Position numbers and translations under genes: made by a program. From Ranitomeya imitator (lineage: Eukaryota), in assembly GCF_032444005.1 (NCBI RefSeq), contig NC_091291.1:129828001-129892000 (forward strand): a stretch of DNA of 64,000 bases. The letters are read 5' to 3'. This document shows, one piece after another, positions 61,490 through 64,000 of this stretch (positions are counted from its first letter, which is position 1; each line of letters begins with the position of its first letter). The notes beneath the pieces are model-generated. The model saw only the letters and a program-made list of their open reading frames with translations, was not told where the DNA came from and did no database searches.

Positions 61490-61830
61490 ATGCTGCAGAC
61501 AATAAGACCCTGGGAAGGATGAGAGAAGAAATTTTAAGCAAACTGCAGCCAGGAGACAGTAGATTTTCATTTTTTTTAGAAATTTTCTCTTAGCCCTCAG
61601 TCTGGAGCCTCTCACCTAGCCAAATCAGTTCCCATACTTTGCACTAATGAGGGGCAACACCCCCGAAAACACGTCTCTGCAAATGAAGATTCTGATTTGG
61701 CTTTTATCTCAAGTCATATTGCAAGGCTCGTAGAAGAGTTGATAGTGACTTGTAGGATTGCTGATGCCAACAGGTGGCCCTATAGAGTTCAAGTCATCTT
61801 CCTTTCTGAAGAGGCAATTTTGCATTCTCA
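61490..61830 (+). mobile_element. Probable Penelope-type terminal repeat carrying a mutated hammerhead motif
   Basis: TTTGCA-CTAATGA-GGGG caaca CCCC-CGAAAAC-ACGTCTC-TGCAAA at about 61638-61683. Confidence 0.45.
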
Positions 61831-62715
61831 GAAAAAAACAAACCTCAAGCTCCATTTTTAAAGGCACTGCCCGCACAGAATGACTGTTCAAACTAAGTCT
61901 TGTCGCTTGGTGCTCCACGATGGGGCCAATCCCCTAAAATACACCTTCCGTCTCCACCCAACCATTCCTTGACAGCTCTGGTTGATTGAAGATGTATAAA
62001 AAATAATTGGCCTCGCCGTGGACCACAGAGCACTGGGACTTGGTTTGCACAGTCCCCTCTAGTGGTGGCTTCAGGCACCCAGAATGAGATCTTTTAGCCG
62101 TCTCTGCAGAGGGTTTTGGAGCTCAGATTAGAATATTAACTTTGAGCCCAATTAGCACAAAACCTTTACCCTAAAATTGACACGATAAAGGGTGCAGATA
62201 CTTAATGGACAATCAAATACATTTATTCTGCTTATTACCCTTTTATTGCAAAAATATTAATGGGTCACTTATTTTGTGTGAATGGCAGCACATCGTCCTT
62301 TGTCGCACATCTTGTGATCCTGGAGAATGTAAAAAGAAAGTACCTTTAAGGGGTTTTACCCCCCCCCCTGCCCAAAATACGGGGATCCGGTAAATGCTGC
62401 AGTGAGCGGAGTGCATCGCTGGGCTTTTTCCGGTAGTCTCAGGCATTGATGTGGAGGCCGCGCGCCTCTGCTCCATCCGGGCAGAGCCCGTTCTCGGGAT
62501 CACCGGGTGTCCCATCATTTGCACCTCCAGCGACAATTAATTTGGGCATAAACCTTTTACTGTATGAAGGAGCACAAATGCCAGTGGATAATTCTGTACC
62601 ATACGAGTCTTTAATGGACCCTACGCTCTCGGTTGTCTGGTTTCATAACGGATTAAAATATTTAATTTGAAAAAGTTACTGTCATTATTTTATTATGTAA
62701 AACTTTACAGAAAAA

Positions 62716-64000
62716 AAAACAGGATTTTTGGTTGCTTACCGTAAAATCTGTTTCTCGGAGCCTTCATTGGGGGACACAGGAACCATGGGGACACAGGAAC
62801 CATGGGTGTATGCTGCTGCCACTAGGAGGCTGACACTATGCAAATAAAAAGTTAGCTCCTCCTCTGCAGTATACACCCTACCGACAGGAAGTAGGATATT
62901 CAGTTAGTGAGAAAGCAGTAGGAGAAGCAACGTGTAAAAGAGGAATAATAATAATAAACTTTATTCACATAGCGCCAACAAATTCTACGGCGCTCCATAG
63001 ATTAACAGTTTCAAACACTCGAAGAGTGTTCAAAGAACTCAAACGTATACAGTAAACAGAGCTGTTCAACTTGGGAGGGTGCTGTGTCCCCCAATGAAGG
63101 CTCCGAGAAACAGATTTTACGGTAAGCAACCAAAAATCCTGTTTTCTCTATCGCCTTTCATTGGGGGACACAGGAACCATGGGACGTCCCAAAGCAGTCC
63201 CTGGGGTGGGAAATACCGACTTCCATCAGGTCCGAGGACTCACCACTGCCGCCTGCAGGATCCTTCTGCCCAGGCTGGAGTCCGCCGTAGTTCGGCGAAA
63301 CGTGTGGATGGAAGACCAGGTGCCGCTTGCAAAGCCGTCAGCGATAACCCTGTGACGTACCGCACTGGAAGCGCCGACTGCCCGGGTAGAGTGAGCCTTT
63401 ATCTCAGGAGGGGGCACTCTTGTTCTTGACCCGGTAAAGCTTCCAAAATTGCCGATCTGATAGAGCGAGCAATAGTCGCCATTGCCGATCTGATAGAGCG
63501 AGCAATAGTCGCCTTGGAAGTCGGCAGGCCTCTACGCACGCCATCAGGGATGGCGAAAAGAGAATCCATCTTTCGGAAAACGGCTGTGCTAGCCAGGGAG
63601 ATCCTCACTGCCCTGACGAGGCCCAGCCTGTTCAACGATCACTCCAGAGGATGAATCGGAGCTGGACAAAAGGAAAGGTATAACGATGTCCTCGTTGAGG
63701 TGGAAAGATGAAAAACCACCTCGAGAAAGGAAGGAAGGCAGAGGCCTGGGACCACCTTGTCCTGGTTTAAAATCAAAAAAGGAGGTCGGCAAGAAGCGGC
63801 CGCCAACTCAAAAACGCGGCGGATCAAAAAGATGGACCTGAGAAAAGTCACCTTCCGAGATAGAACTGACAGGGAAAACTCCCTGAGAGGCTCAAAGGGG
63901 GGAACCCCTAAGCACAACCAATCCAACCTATAAATCCCATGAATCCACAGAGGCCCTGTACGGAGGGACAGCGTGGGCTACTCCTTGAAGGGAGGTCTTA
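62716..64000 (-). mobile_element. DIRS1-like tyrosine-recombinase retrotransposon, 3' end (runs off the right edge)
   Basis: Minus-strand fragments LVRAVRISLASTAVFRKMDSLF, SKATIARSIRSAI, IKAHSTRAVGAS, TWSSIHTF and SLGRRILQAAV (YR HSTR box). 64-bp perfect inverted repeat 62716-62779 / 63082-63145 and a re-occurring terminal sequence (ITR/ICR architecture). Confidence 0.88.

Noticed and set aside
59970-62700. Expected ube4a 3' exons (human neighbour of ATP5MG)
   Set aside because: No recognisable U-box or C-terminal coding sequence found on either strand in this window.

Overview
Eukaryotic (vertebrate) genomic DNA. The repeat landscape points to an anuran frog, probably hyloid or dendrobatoid (inference). 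Three host genes can be reconstructed by hand, all multi-exon and largely missed by the ORF track: kmt2a/MLL1 coding exon 1 (minus, 28-288; the gene runs off the left edge), the complete 3-exon atp5mg (minus, 39035 to 32935, 107 aa), and the complete 10-exon pi4k2b (plus, 42903-59969, 1500-nt CDS, 499 aa, with one probable GC-AG intron). atp5mg and pi4k2b are head-to-head. Most of the rest is transposon-derived or tandem repeat. The standout element is an intact, very young Tf1/sushi-type chromovirus (7985-13675; LTRs identical by eye; single gag-pol-chromodomain ORF). It lacks a tRNA-type PBS, shows a self-priming signature, and has a candidate leader intron that would remove the PBS. It is nested inside a minisatellite, inside a pogo-like MITE, inside what appears to be a Penelope remnant carrying a hammerhead-ribozyme motif. 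Also present: four decayed Tc1 elements, CR1, L1, Gypsy and DIRS fragments, about a dozen TTAA-type palindromic MITEs, hAT MITEs, a 4.1-kb piggyBac-like element, and GC-rich minisatellites abutting the kmt2a and pi4k2b first exons. No CRISPR, rRNA or tRNA genes are supportable. I did not find a clearly new multi-gene system. The best leads are retroelement RNA-level features and sequence modules shared between unrelated transposon families. All alignments were done by eye, and family assignments rest on recalled protein and TE motifs, not database searches.
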